From: Deltaproteobacteria bacterium
Lineage (GTDB): Bacteria; Desulfobacterota; Desulfuromonadia; Desulfuromonadales; JAAYDE01
NCBI GenBank assembly: GCA_017552515.1
Contig: JAFZPK010000163.1
Location: forward strand, 1 to 34,608
Direction of reading: 5' to 3'
DNA length: 34,608 nucleotides
Shown here in pieces: positions 18,102 to 27,229 of this stretch (positions are counted from its first letter, which is position 1; every line of letters begins with the position of its first letter). The position numbers and the translations under genes are program-made. The notes beneath the pieces are model-generated. The model had not been told where the DNA came from and searched no databases. It saw only the letters and a list, made by a program, of their open reading frames with translations.

Positions 18102-19031
18102 ATGAGTTATGAGGAACTGAAGCGGAAACGGGTAGCGGTGCTGATGGGAGGGCTTTCCTCGGAACGGGAGATTTCCCTGCGCAGCGGTCGGGCGGTATTG
18201 CAGGCCTTGCAGGAATCGGGCTACAATGTTTTTGGCCTTGATGCCGGACGGGATATGGCACAGCGGCTGCTTCAGGAAAAGACGGAAGTGGCGTTTATCG
18301 CTTTGCATGGTCGCTTTGGCGAGGATGGTACTGTTCAGGGCCTTTTGGAAATTCTGGGCATCCCCTATACCGGAAGTGGTGTGCTGGCTTCGGGCGCCGC
18401 TATGGATAAAGTCTTTTCCAAACAGATTTTCATTGGTCATCATATTCCCACTCCGGATTCCGTAACGATGACGCAGGGGGAAGACTGTGACGCTCTGGAG
18501 GAGAACATTCGGGAGATGTTGCCGGTGGTGATCAAGCCGGCTTGTGAAGGATCCACGGTCGGTGTGAGCGTGGTGTACGATATGGGTGCTTTGCGGACGG
18601 GACTTACCGAGGCTTTTCGTTTTGATCGTCGGGCTTTGGTGGAGCGCTTTGTCCATGGCGACGAGATCACGGTCAGCGTGCTGGATGGCGAAGCTTTGCC
18701 AATAGTCCAGGTACGTCCCAAGAGCGGCTTTTACGATTTTACCTCCAAATATACGGTGGGGAAGACAGAATACGTTCTGCCGGCACCCTTGCCTCCCGAA
18801 GTATATCGGCGGGCACAGGAACTGGCGGTGGCGGCATATAACGCGTTACAGTGCCGGGGAGCGGCCCGTGCCGATTTTATCGTCGACGGCGATCGCATCT
18901 TTTGCCTGGAAGTCAACACGGTGCCCGGACTTACGGAAACCAGTCTGTTGCCCAAAGCAGCGGCTCATGCCGGCATTCCCTTTTCCGAATTGGTACAGAA
19001 AATGCTGAAAGGTGCATGCCTGAAAGCCTAA
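18102..19031 (+). CDS. ddl: D-alanine--D-alanine ligase
   Basis: GGLSSEREISL, LHGRFGEDG, FYDFTSKY omega loop, EVNTVPGLT. Start 18102 (18081 is an alternative). Confidence 0.96.
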   Translation: MSYEELKRKRVAVLMGGLSSEREISLRSGRAVLQALQESGYNVFGLDAGRDMAQRLLQEKTEVAFIALHGRFGEDGTVQGLLEILGIPYTGSGVLASGAAMDKVFSKQIFIGHHIPTPDSVTMTQGEDCDALEENIREMLPVVIKPACEGSTVGVSVVYDMGALRTGLTEAFRFDRRALVERFVHGDEITVSVLDGEALPIVQVRPKSGFYDFTSKYTVGKTEYVLPAPLPPEVYRRAQELAVAAYNALQCRGAARADFIVDGDRIFCLEVNTVPGLTETSLLPKAAAHAGIPFSELVQKMLKGACLKA

Positions 19032-19061
19032 GCCGCCGTTTTTTGGGAGTGGAGAGACATT

Positions 19062-20006
19062 ATGCGGGACTTGAATTCCATTGCTTCTCCAAAAGTGAAA
19101 AAATGCGCCAAACGCCGTAAAAAACGTGATTGGGGCGCTTTATGGCGTTTCCTTGGAAAATGTTTTGTGGAAACTCCACGCATGTTTATGGCGTGGTGTT
19201 TGCCCCGGTACAGGCGGGTAAACCAGATTGTTCGAAAACGTGACTGGGCGGGGATCTGTCGGCGTTTCCTGCTGGTGAGCGGCTACTTACTGCTTTTGGT
19301 GGTAGCGGGAGTGTGCTGTTACAACGGCGCCCGGCAGTTGCGCAACTCCCGATTTTTCCGGGTGGAAAACATCGTTGTGGAGAATCAGCAGCGGGTATCG
19401 AAGGAAGATATTCTGGAAGCTGCCGAACTTGTCCCGGGCATGGGTTTGTTCAATGTGGACACACGTCAGACGAGTTTTCGCATCAAGCGGATCAAGTGGA
19501 TCAAGACCGCAACGGTGGAACGAAGTTTGCCGCTTCGCCGCGTGCGTATCCATGTGACCGAGCGGGAACCGGTAGCTATCGTCAAACTGGATCACTTTTA
19601 CTATGTGGATGACGAGGGCGTGCTGTTCAAAATGCTGGAGTCGGGTGACAAACTTGATTTCCCGGTTATTTCTGGAATTGATCGGGAACATTTTGTAAAC
19701 GAGCCGGAGAATTCCCGTGAATTTTTGATGACAGCCCTGCAATTGTTGGGCGAATTGAAAAAACGACAAGTTTTCAATCTGGACAAAGTCTCGGAAATTC
19801 ATTTTAATCGACAAGGCGATCTCTATTTGTTTACGATGGAGGGCGGTATTTCCATTCGGATGGGAACGGAACATTTTTCCCGGAAACTGGATCATTTGGA
19901 GCGAGTTTACGGTGAAGTGCAGCAAAACGTGACCAAATTGAAGGGGATCGATTTGAATGTGGAGAATCAGGTGGTCGTCAAGTTAAATACTTCCCAGGGT
20001 GACTGA
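19062..20006 (+). CDS. ftsQ: Cell division protein FtsQ/DivIB
   Basis: Basic N-tail, TM helix, POTRA-like segment (WIKTATVER..RIHVTEREPVA); between ddl and ftsA. Confidence 0.9.
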   Translation: MRDLNSIASPKVKKCAKRRKKRDWGALWRFLGKCFVETPRMFMAWCLPRYRRVNQIVRKRDWAGICRRFLLVSGYLLLLVVAGVCCYNGARQLRNSRFFRVENIVVENQQRVSKEDILEAAELVPGMGLFNVDTRQTSFRIKRIKWIKTATVERSLPLRRVRIHVTEREPVAIVKLDHFYYVDDEGVLFKMLESGDKLDFPVISGIDREHFVNEPENSREFLMTALQLLGELKKRQVFNLDKVSEIHFNRQGDLYLFTMEGGISIRMGTEHFSRKLDHLERVYGEVQQNVTKLKGIDLNVENQVVVKLNTSQGD

Positions 20007-20070
20007 CGGTTTCCACTTTTCCCGATGTTGGACGCTGAGGGCGAGGATTTATTCGAGGAGAGGAAGAGAT

Positions 20071-21303
20071 ATGGCGGGCAATAAGGACAGGCTGGTAGTG
20101 GGATTGGATGTCGGTACCACGAAAATTTGCGCCATTGTGGGCAATATAACCTCCGAAGGGATGGAAATTGTTGGCATCGGGAACTGCCCTTCCCAGGGAT
20201 TGCGCAAGGGAATGGTGATCAACATCGAAAGTACAGTGGCTGCTATCCGACAGGCGATTCAGGAAGCGGAACTGATGGCGGGCTGCGAAATCCGGTCGGT
20301 TTTTACGGGGATAGCCGGCGGGCATATCAAGAGCTTCAATTCTCAGGGGGTTATCGCCATCAAGGATCGGGAGGTAACGCAGGAGGATTTGCGCCGCGTC
20401 ATTGATGCGGCCAAGGCTGTTGCCATTCCCATGGACCGTGAGGTACTGCACATTCTTCCGCAGGAATTCATCGTGGACGATCAGGATGGTATCACCGAAC
20501 CGCTGGGCATGAGGGGCGTGCGTCTGGAAGCCAGGGTGCATATCGTAACGGGCGCAGTGGCCAGTGCGCAGAATATCATCAAGTGTTGCAATCGTGCGGG
20601 CGTGGATGTCGCCGATATCGTGCTGGAGCAACTGGCGTCTTCGGAATCCATTTTAACGGATGAAGAGAAACAGCTGGGGGTGGTTCTGCTGGATATTGGC
20701 GGTGGTACCACGGATATAGCTATTTTGGTGGATAATTCCATCCGTCACACGGCGGTGTTGTCGCTGGGCGGCAACCATCTGACCAACGATATCGCGGTGG
20801 GATTGCGGACGCCACTGAATGAGGCCGAGCGGATCAAACGTGAACATGGGTGCGCGCTGAGTTCGATGGTAAATCGGGACGAAAACATCGAAGTTCCGTC
20901 GGTTGGTGGACGGCCGGCACGGACCCTGTCGCGGCAGGTGCTGACCGAAATTCTGGAACCTCGGGTGGAAGAGATCTTCACACTGGCCGATCAGGAGATC
21001 CGGCGAAGCGGTTTTGGCGATCTGATAGTTTCCGGCGTGGTTTTGACAGGGGGGACCTGCCTCTTGCCGGGAATGGCTGAATTGGGCGAGCAGATCTTCA
21101 ATCTTCCGGTGAGAGTCGGCAGCCCCAGGGATCTGGGTGGATTGACAGATGTCGTGAATTCTCCGGTGTTTGCGACCGGTGTGGGGCTGGTGAAGTACGG
21201 CGGAAAAAATATCGAGAGGGCGAAACAGGGCTTTTCCAATACGGAAAATGTTTTTTCCAAAATTATGTTGCGTATGAAAGATTGGTTCGGGGACTTCTTT
21301 TAA
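20071..21303 (+). CDS. ftsA: Cell division protein FtsA
   Basis: VGLDVGTTKI, DIGGGTTD, GVVLTGG, amphipathic C-terminus RMKDWFGDFF; AGGAGAGG RBS. Confidence 0.97.
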   Translation: MAGNKDRLVVGLDVGTTKICAIVGNITSEGMEIVGIGNCPSQGLRKGMVINIESTVAAIRQAIQEAELMAGCEIRSVFTGIAGGHIKSFNSQGVIAIKDREVTQEDLRRVIDAAKAVAIPMDREVLHILPQEFIVDDQDGITEPLGMRGVRLEARVHIVTGAVASAQNIIKCCNRAGVDVADIVLEQLASSESILTDEEKQLGVVLLDIGGGTTDIAILVDNSIRHTAVLSLGGNHLTNDIAVGLRTPLNEAERIKREHGCALSSMVNRDENIEVPSVGGRPARTLSRQVLTEILEPRVEEIFTLADQEIRRSGFGDLIVSGVVLTGGTCLLPGMAELGEQIFNLPVRVGSPRDLGGLTDVVNSPVFATGVGLVKYGGKNIERAKQGFSNTENVFSKIMLRMKDWFGDFF

Positions 21304-21345
21304 TAGGCAGGGCGACCACAATATTTGTCAAAGCGGGGGGAGGAA

Positions 21346-22539
21346 ATGGACGAGACTGAGGACAGAACTTTGGATGGCAGTGGACAAAACCTTTTCGAAA
21401 ACAGTACCAAAGAACGGCTGCATGTTATCAAGGTGGTAGGTGTCGGCGGGGGCGGCGGCAATGCCATTAATACGATGATCGAATCCGGCATGACCGGCGT
21501 CGATTTTATTGCGGCCAATACTGATGCGCAGGCTTTGCGCACCAGCAAGGCAAGCGTCAAGGTACAGCTGGGCAACAAGCTGACACGTGGTTTGGGCGCG
21601 GGCGCCAATCCGGAAGTTGGGCGCAATGCGGCTTGTGAAGATAAGGAGCGCATGGTGCAACTGTTGCAGGGGGCAGATATGGTATTTATCGCTGCCGGCC
21701 TGGGCGGTGGTACCGGTACGGGCGCTGCGCCGGTTATTGCCGAGGTGGCCAAGGAAGTCGGCGCTCTGACCGTCAGCGTTGTCACCAAGCCTTTTACCTA
21801 TGAGGGTAAACGGCGGATGCGCCAGGCCGAAGGCGGTGTATCGGAGCTCAAGAAGGTTGTGGATTCGCTCATAGTTATCCCCAACGATCGGCTGTTGGGA
21901 TTGGCTGGCAAGAACATGGGGCTGCGGGAAGCCTTCCGCCCCTCCGATGAAGTTTTGCGCCAGGCGGTACAGGGCATTTCCGATCTGATTACCAATCCTG
22001 GTTTTATCAATGCAGACTTTGCCGATGTTAAAGCAATTATGAGCGAACGGGGCATGGCCATGATGGGTATCGGTATCGCTGAAGGTGAGAAACGTGCCCA
22101 GGAGGCTGCCCATAAAGCCATTAGCAGCCCCTTGCTTGAGGATATCGACATTTCCGGAGCCAAGGGCGTACTGGTCAACATCTCCGGTTCCTCCAATATG
22201 ACGATGGAAGATTTCTCGACTATTTCCAGCATCATCCACGAAAAGGTGAACGAGGACGAAGATGCCAATGTTATCATCGGCGTAGCTTTGGACGAAAGTC
22301 TGGGCGATACCATCAAGGTAACCTGCATCGCAACCGGTTTCGGTTCTTCCTTTGAGCGGCAGGCTGTGGAACAGCAGCAAGGGCGCGCGCGTAAGGAACG
22401 TCTTGTAGATTTGGGAGGCGATCCGGATGTCCCGACCTTTATTCGCCGCAAGAAACCGGAGCTTTCGTTTGCGCCGGTACGGCTGACGGAAGAGGACGAA
22501 TATGATGTGCCGACCTTTATGCGTCGCCGGGTCGATTAA
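21346..22539 (+). CDS. ftsZ: Cell division protein FtsZ
   Basis: [25 protein letters not shown] tubulin motif, NADFADV, C-terminal DVPTFMRR. Confidence 0.98.
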   Translation: MDETEDRTLDGSGQNLFENSTKERLHVIKVVGVGGGGGNAINTMIESGMTGVDFIAANTDAQALRTSKASVKVQLGNKLTRGLGAGANPEVGRNAACEDKERMVQLLQGADMVFIAAGLGGGTGTGAAPVIAEVAKEVGALTVSVVTKPFTYEGKRRMRQAEGGVSELKKVVDSLIVIPNDRLLGLAGKNMGLREAFRPSDEVLRQAVQGISDLITNPGFINADFADVKAIMSERGMAMMGIGIAEGEKRAQEAAHKAISSPLLEDIDISGAKGVLVNISGSSNMTMEDFSTISSIIHEKVNEDEDANVIIGVALDESLGDTIKVTCIATGFGSSFERQAVEQQQGRARKERLVDLGGDPDVPTFIRRKKPELSFAPVRLTEEDEYDVPTFMRRRVD

Positions 22540-22572
22540 GCGCTTTATGCGCATTTCTGAGAAATAATAATG

Positions 22573-22613
22573 ACAGCCTGTTGAAACCTTGTTGTTCAAC
22601 AGGCTGTTTTTAT
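22573..22613 (+). terminator. Intrinsic terminator at end of dcw cluster
   Basis: 13-bp perfect stem acagcctgttgaa / ttcaacaggctgt followed by a T-rich tail. Confidence 0.8.
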
Positions 22614-22695
22614 TGCAATAAATCAATGAAGTTATCTATGCCCTTGGAATGAGAAGCCACGGAGGTTTTTCCTTTTTGCTCCGGAGGAAAGCGGT

Positions 22696-24372
22696 ATGTC
22701 TGGCAGAAAACGCCATTGTGCCGAGGAAGGCGGTGTGGTCAAGCCCTGGGGTGGGCGGCTGGCGGTGGCGCTGGTCTATCCCAATACCTTCTTTCACGGC
22801 ATGAGCAATCTGGGATTTCAGTATGTGTACCATTTTTTTAGCCAGTGTGAGGAAACGCTCTGCGAACGTTTTTTCCTGCCGGATTCCCGGGAGAAGACGG
22901 ATCGGCTTGCTTCGTGCGAATCAGGACGGCCTCTTGCCGATTTCGATCTGATCTGTTTTTCCATATCCTTTGAAAACGATTATTTGAATTTGCCTCGTCT
23001 GTTTGAATTGGCGCGGTTGCCATTATGGGCTCAAGAGCGTGATAGCCGCCATCCTTTGGTGGTTTGTGGCGGCGTCGTTGCCTTTCTCAATCCGGAGCCT
23101 TTGGCAGATATTATGGACATCTTTGCCCTGGGCGATGGTGAACTGCTTTTGCCGGATCTGCTCGAAGCGGTTTTGACAGAGAGTGATCGCGAACATTTGT
23201 TGGAAACGCTGGCGAGAATGGAAGGATTTTACGTGCCCCGTTTTTGGGCGGATGCACGGGGACAGGGCGGCGGTTTTCAGGCGCTGCGTCCTGGGATGGT
23301 GCGGCCGCGCCGTCGTTGGCTGCGTGATTTGAACAGTTCATCGTGTCGTTCGTTTTTGTTTTGCAAGGGCAGTGAATTTGCCGATCTTGGCCTGGTGGAG
23401 GTTTCCCGTGGCTGCGGGCGCGGTTGCCGCTTCTGTGCCGCCGGGCATATTTACCGTCCGCCGCGGGAACGCGCGCCGGAAGTTTTGGCGCAGGATCTTG
23501 AAGCCATGCGGCCCTTTCGCTCCCGTTTTGGGCTGGTGGGAGCGGCTATTTCCGATTATTCCCGGCTTCCGGAGCTGTTTGCGGAAGTCGACAAGAGAAA
23601 GGGTGATTTTTCCGTTTCCAGTGTGCGTATTGACAGTCTGGGTGCCGAGCTGGTGCAACGTCTGGCCTCTAGTGGACAGCGCACGCTGGCCTTGGCTCCG
23701 GAAGCGGGCAGTGCGCGTTTACGGGCAGTTATCAACAAGGGGATTACAGAGAAACAGATCGAGGAGGCTATTGTCCTGGCTATGTCTGCGGGTATCGTCA
23801 ATCTCAAACTTTATTTTCTGAACGGTTTACCCACTGAAACCGATGAAGATATCAAGGAAATGGTGTGTCTTACCCATAAAATCCACGCTATCTGGATAGA
23901 GGAGGGGAAAAAAAAAGGGTGTTTGGGCAATCTGGTGCTTTCGGTTAATCCCTTTGTTCCCAAGCCCTTTACCCCGTTTCAGTGGGAAGGCATGATGCCG
24001 CTTGCGATTTTGAAGGCGAGAAACGCACGGTTGCGGGCGGCGGTCGCCCCTCTGGGACGTACCGAGATCTTTTTTGAATCACTGCGCAGTGCGGAAATTC
24101 AGGCACTGCTTTCACGTGGCGACAGGGCAGTAGGGCGTTTGCTCCCCGCGTTGGGCAGAGGGCAGAGTCTCAAGGACACGTGTCGGGAACAGGGAATGGA
24201 TCCTGCCTTTTACGTCAATCGTCAGGCTGACCGGGATGAGGTTTTCCCGTGGGAAGTCATTGATTGTGGAATAGACCGGGAGTATCTGTGGAAAGAGCAT
24301 GAAAAAGGATTGCAGATGCAGATAAGCCCTACTTGTCGTGATATGTGTCAGCATTGTGGGGTCTGTGGATAA
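22696..24372 (+). CDS. Radical SAM protein (TIGR03960-like, function unknown)
   Basis: EVSRGCGRGCRFC (CxxxCxxC), LAPEAGS, YFLNGLPTE, FVPKPFTPFQW, C-terminal CRDMCQHCGVC. Confidence 0.88.
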   Translation: MSGRKRHCAEEGGVVKPWGGRLAVALVYPNTFFHGMSNLGFQYVYHFFSQCEETLCERFFLPDSREKTDRLASCESGRPLADFDLICFSISFENDYLNLPRLFELARLPLWAQERDSRHPLVVCGGVVAFLNPEPLADIMDIFALGDGELLLPDLLEAVLTESDREHLLETLARMEGFYVPRFWADARGQGGGFQALRPGMVRPRRRWLRDLNSSSCRSFLFCKGSEFADLGLVEVSRGCGRGCRFCAAGHIYRPPRERAPEVLAQDLEAMRPFRSRFGLVGAAISDYSRLPELFAEVDKRKGDFSVSSVRIDSLGAELVQRLASSGQRTLALAPEAGSARLRAVINKGITEKQIEEAIVLAMSAGIVNLKLYFLNGLPTETDEDIKEMVCLTHKIHAIWIEEGKKKGCLGNLVLSVNPFVPKPFTPFQWEGMMPLAILKARNARLRAAVAPLGRTEIFFESLRSAEIQALLSRGDRAVGRLLPALGRGQSLKDTCREQGMDPAFYVNRQADRDEVFPWEVIDCGIDREYLWKEHEKGLQMQISPTCRDMCQHCGVCG

Positions 24373-24404
24373 AAAAAGGGCTTCGGGAAGCTTCCCGAAG
24401 CCCT
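24371..24404 (-). terminator. Terminator of the lipoprotein gene, possibly also serving the radical SAM gene
   Basis: 28-bp perfect palindrome agggcttcgggaagcttcccgaagccct (24377-24404) with a T run after it on the minus strand. Confidence 0.8.
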
Positions 24405-24424
24405 GAAAATTTCCCACTTGGGGA

Positions 24425-24751
24425 TTAAAAATTATCCGGAAGCGGAATTCCCTGGACTGGCTTTTTGGCAGCGTCTTTCGCAGCACCTGCAGCGTCTTTC
24501 GCAGCGGCAGCGGCATCTTTCGCAGCGGCAGCGGCATCTTTTGCAGCCTCTTTAGCAGTGGCTGCAGCATCTTCAGCCTTTTTGACGGTCTCGTCAGCTT
24601 TCTTTGCTGCATCTTTTGCTACAGCTTCAGCTTTCTTGGCAGCCTCGGCCTTCGCAGGCTTAGCGGCAGGCTTGGTATCCTGACCACAGGCAGTGACCAA
24701 CATACTCGCGAACAGAGCAAGCACCAGAGTAACCAGACAACGTTTGAACAT
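24425..24751 (-). CDS. Small Ala/Lys/Asp-rich repeat lipoprotein
   Basis: Signal with lipobox VTA|C, AAKDAAA heptad repeats, GGAGG RBS, own promoter and terminator. Confidence 0.85.
   Translation of the reverse strand: MFKRCLVTLVLALFASMLVTACGQDTKPAAKPAKAEAAKKAEAVAKDAAKKADETVKKAEDAAATAKEAAKDAAAAAKDAAAAAKDAAGAAKDAAKKPVQGIPLPDNF
24468..24551. repeat. 4 x 21-bp coding tandem repeat
   Basis: gcagcgtctttcgcagcacct, gcagcgtctttcgcagcggca, gcggcatctttcgcagcggca, gcggcatcttttgcagcctct. Confidence 0.9.
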
Positions 24752-24804
24752 TTTTTCCTCCTTTTTTGTTGGGCGATGTAAACCTACTTTTCAAGACAGG
24801 GGGC

Positions 24805-24833
24805 AACCTATAGAAGATGCTTTGTTAAGTCAA
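24805..24833 (-). promoter_or_regulatory. Sigma70 promoter of lipoprotein gene
   Basis: Minus strand TTGACT-N17-TAGGTT. Confidence 0.55.
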
Positions 24834-25050
24834 GTTAAAAAATGTTTACTAAATTCAAACATTTTTATCATGAATTGCCCATTTTCCCAAAACGCATTGA
24901 GAATGCATGACGTAAATTGCCGTTTTTTCCGGTTTGTGCGTTGTCAGTTGAATTGCCGGGCCAGCGCTGGTATTATGACCCAATTTATACTTCGATTAAC
25001 CGCTTCTTTCTGTATGCGCAGTGCTTCAGGAGCGTTGGGGGAGGGCAGCC

Positions 25051-25920
25051 ATGAAAAAAAATATCGGTTTTTTGGGGCTTGGTACCATGGGTGATCCCAT
25101 GGCCATCAATCTGGCACGAGGTGGCTACGATCTGACGGTGTATGACGCTCATGGAAAGTGCAGCGAAGACTTGAAGGATATGGATGTTTGCATCGCGGAG
25201 ACTCCAGCGGAAGCGGTCCGGGGAAAAGATCTCGTTATTATCATCTTGCCTGAAAATGAGGAGATGAGCAAGATTTTGCCTGGTCCCGACGGGCTTCTGG
25301 AGAATATTGATCCCGGTACTTTATTGGTGGACATGGGCTCCCATTCCCTGGAAGTTACAATGGATTTGGCCGAGGAAGCGGAACGCCGCAACTTCATGTT
25401 TTTAGATGCCCCGGTGTGGGGGTCCCGGGAACGGGCTGTAAACGGGCTGCTGACCATCCTGGTGGGAGGACCGTTGGACTATGTCAGCTTATGCCGCGAG
25501 ATTCTCACCCATTTTGGGTTGCATATCATTCATGTGGGGCAAATTGGCGATGCCACCAAGATGAAGTTTATTGTAGACATGCTGCAGGCCCAGCTTATTG
25601 GGGCCTTGGCGGAAGGTTTTGTCCTGGGGGAAAAATTTGGTTTCAAGATAGAACAAATTTTGGAAGTGCTGGAAACTGGCGGCGTGGCTTCGCCGTTGTT
25701 CCATGCCAAAGGTCATTCGATTGCGCGTGGCGACTATCACCGCAATTTGGCGCTCAAGTATATTTGCGGGAGTCTCAGGTATATTCGCGAGATTACGGCA
25801 AAAAACGATTTGCACTTGCCGGTGACGGAAGTGGTGACGCAGGTGTATGAAAAGGCCTATGAGGAAGGTTTGGGAGAGGAAGATTTTTCTGCAGTGGCCA
25901 AGATTATCAAGAAGGGCTGA
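25051..25920 (+). CDS. NAD(P)-dependent beta-hydroxyacid dehydrogenase family protein (HIBADH / glyoxylate reductase-like)
   Basis: IGFLGLGTMG, FLDAPVWGS, LTILVGG, TKMK catalytic Lys, GLGEEDFSAV. Confidence 0.88.
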   Translation: MKKNIGFLGLGTMGDPMAINLARGGYDLTVYDAHGKCSEDLKDMDVCIAETPAEAVRGKDLVIIILPENEEMSKILPGPDGLLENIDPGTLLVDMGSHSLEVTMDLAEEAERRNFMFLDAPVWGSRERAVNGLLTILVGGPLDYVSLCREILTHFGLHIIHVGQIGDATKMKFIVDMLQAQLIGALAEGFVLGEKFGFKIEQILEVLETGGVASPLFHAKGHSIARGDYHRNLALKYICGSLRYIREITAKNDLHLPVTEVVTQVYEKAYEEGLGEEDFSAVAKIIKKG

Positions 25921-25973
25921 GGGAAATTGCTCAGGATGTTGTTCTGATATCCGTGAGGCTTGTCGTAACTGAG

Positions 25974-26012
25974 AAACAAAAAACGGCTCACTTTTGGAGC
26001 CGTTTTTTGTTT
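25974..26012. terminator. Bidirectional intrinsic terminator between dehydrogenase and folD
   Basis: aaacaaaaaacggctc / gagccgttttttgttt 16-bp inverted repeat with A/T tails. Confidence 0.85.
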
Positions 26013-26034
26013 GCTTGTTCTTTCATACCTGCTT

Positions 26035-26889
26035 TTACTGCCGGGCGGCAATGGAGCGTTTGCGGCTTTCCACCGTGTTGGCCAGCAGCATGGCGATAGT
26101 CATCGGGCCGACGCCGCCGGGAACCGGTGTAATCGCCGAGGCACGCTGTACCGCGCTTTCGAATTCCACATCTCCCACCAGTTTGCCTTCCACACGGTTG
26201 ATGCCGACATCAATGATGACAGCGCCTTCCTTGAACCATGCGCCCTTGAGCATTTGCGGCCGGCCGACAGCGGCGATAACCACGTCGGCCCTGCCGATCT
26301 GTTGGGCCAGATCGCGGGTGCGGGAATGGCAGATGGTTACCGTGGCATGACGGGCAAGGCACATCAGCGCTACCGGTTTGCCCACGATATTGGAGCGGCC
26401 GACAACCGTCACATTTTTGCCGGCGAGGTCGATGCCCGTTTCATCCAGCAGCCTGAGAATGCCCAGCGGTGTACATGGCTGAAAGCAGGGGGCGCCGGAA
26501 GCGAGTCGTCCCAGATTGTAGGGATGGAAACCGTCCACATCCTTGTCTGGATGGATGGCTTCAATAATGTGGGCAGTTTCAATGTGCTTGGGCAGTGGAA
26601 GCTGAACCAGAATGCCATCAATGGCGCTATCGCGGTTCAGTTCGTCGATCAGGGCCAGCAGTTCATCCTCGCGGGTGGCGGCGGGCAGGTGGATTTGCCG
26701 TGAATGAATTCCCACCTTTTGGCAGGCCCTGTCTTTGGAAGCGACATAGGAACGGCTGGCAGGATCGTCACCCACCAGTATGACTGCCAGTCCCGGAATG
26801 TTGTTGCTTTGCGCAAGTTCCGCAACCTCTTTGGCGAGATCGTTTCGCAGCCGCTCCGCGATGGCTTTCCCGTCGATGATGATCGCCAT
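26035..26889 (-). CDS. folD: Methylenetetrahydrofolate dehydrogenase/cyclohydrolase
   Basis: [46 protein letters not shown]. Confidence 0.97.
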   Translation of the reverse strand: MAIIIDGKAIAERLRNDLAKEVAELAQSNNIPGLAVILVGDDPASRSYVASKDRACQKVGIHSRQIHLPAATREDELLALIDELNRDSAIDGILVQLPLPKHIETAHIIEAIHPDKDVDGFHPYNLGRLASGAPCFQPCTPLGILRLLDETGIDLAGKNVTVVGRSNIVGKPVALMCLARHATVTICHSRTRDLAQQIGRADVVIAAVGRPQMLKGAWFKEGAVIIDVGINRVEGKLVGDVEFESAVQRASAITPVPGGVGPMTIAMLLANTVESRKRSIAARQ

Positions 26890-26957
26890 AACAAAAGCTC
26901 CTTTCTTCCCGTTTCACCGTTTAAGGTGATACCTGCATTTTCTCCAAAGAGATAGTT

Positions 26958-27146
26958 TCAGGCTGCCTTGGTGTACCCGTTGGCGTACCAGCCGCCGCCT
27001 TTGAGAGAGAAGGTGCATTTCGAGATGAGTTTCTTCACTTTGTTGCTGTGACAGTGCGGACATTCGTCAATGGGGGGAGCGCCTATTTTTTGTCTCATTT
27101 CAAAAGTTTTACCGCATTCGTCACAATGATACTCGTACATCGCCAT
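26958..27146 (-). CDS. FmdB-family zinc-ribbon protein (copy 1, 62 aa)
   Basis: MAMYEYHCDEC..CPHC..KKLIS..FSLKGGGWY; GGAGG RBS. Confidence 0.88.
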   Translation of the reverse strand: MAMYEYHCDECGKTFEMRQKIGAPPIDECPHCHSNKVKKLISKCTFSLKGGGWYANGYTKAA

Positions 27147-27172
27147 GGGAAATACCTCCGCGTAAAAGCACG

Positions 27173-27202
27173 CAAGGCCGCAATCCTGCGGATACGGCCT
27201 TG
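27173..27202 (-). terminator. Hairpin between the two zinc-ribbon genes (weak terminator or stability element)
   Basis: caaggccgca / tacggccttg stem; only a short T run on the minus strand. Confidence 0.4.
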
Positions 27203-27229
27203 ATAAATTGATATATATGTTGACCTCGT

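Noticed and set aside
18725-18760. Ddl omega loop FYDFTSKY as a possible D-Ala-D-Lac (vancomycin-resistance) variant
   Set aside because: The discriminating Tyr after Lys (KY) is retained, consistent with an ordinary D-Ala-D-Ala ligase.
22651-22678. Second hairpin after ftsZ (gagaagcc/ggtttttc)
   Set aside because: Weak, relies on G-U pairs; insufficient support.
24468-24551. Repeat array as CRISPR
   Set aside because: Contiguous in-frame coding repeats without spacers or cas genes.
26890-26957. Possible ZTP/THF riboswitch before folD
   Set aside because: Gap is only 68 bp with a 5-bp hairpin and no consensus motifs.
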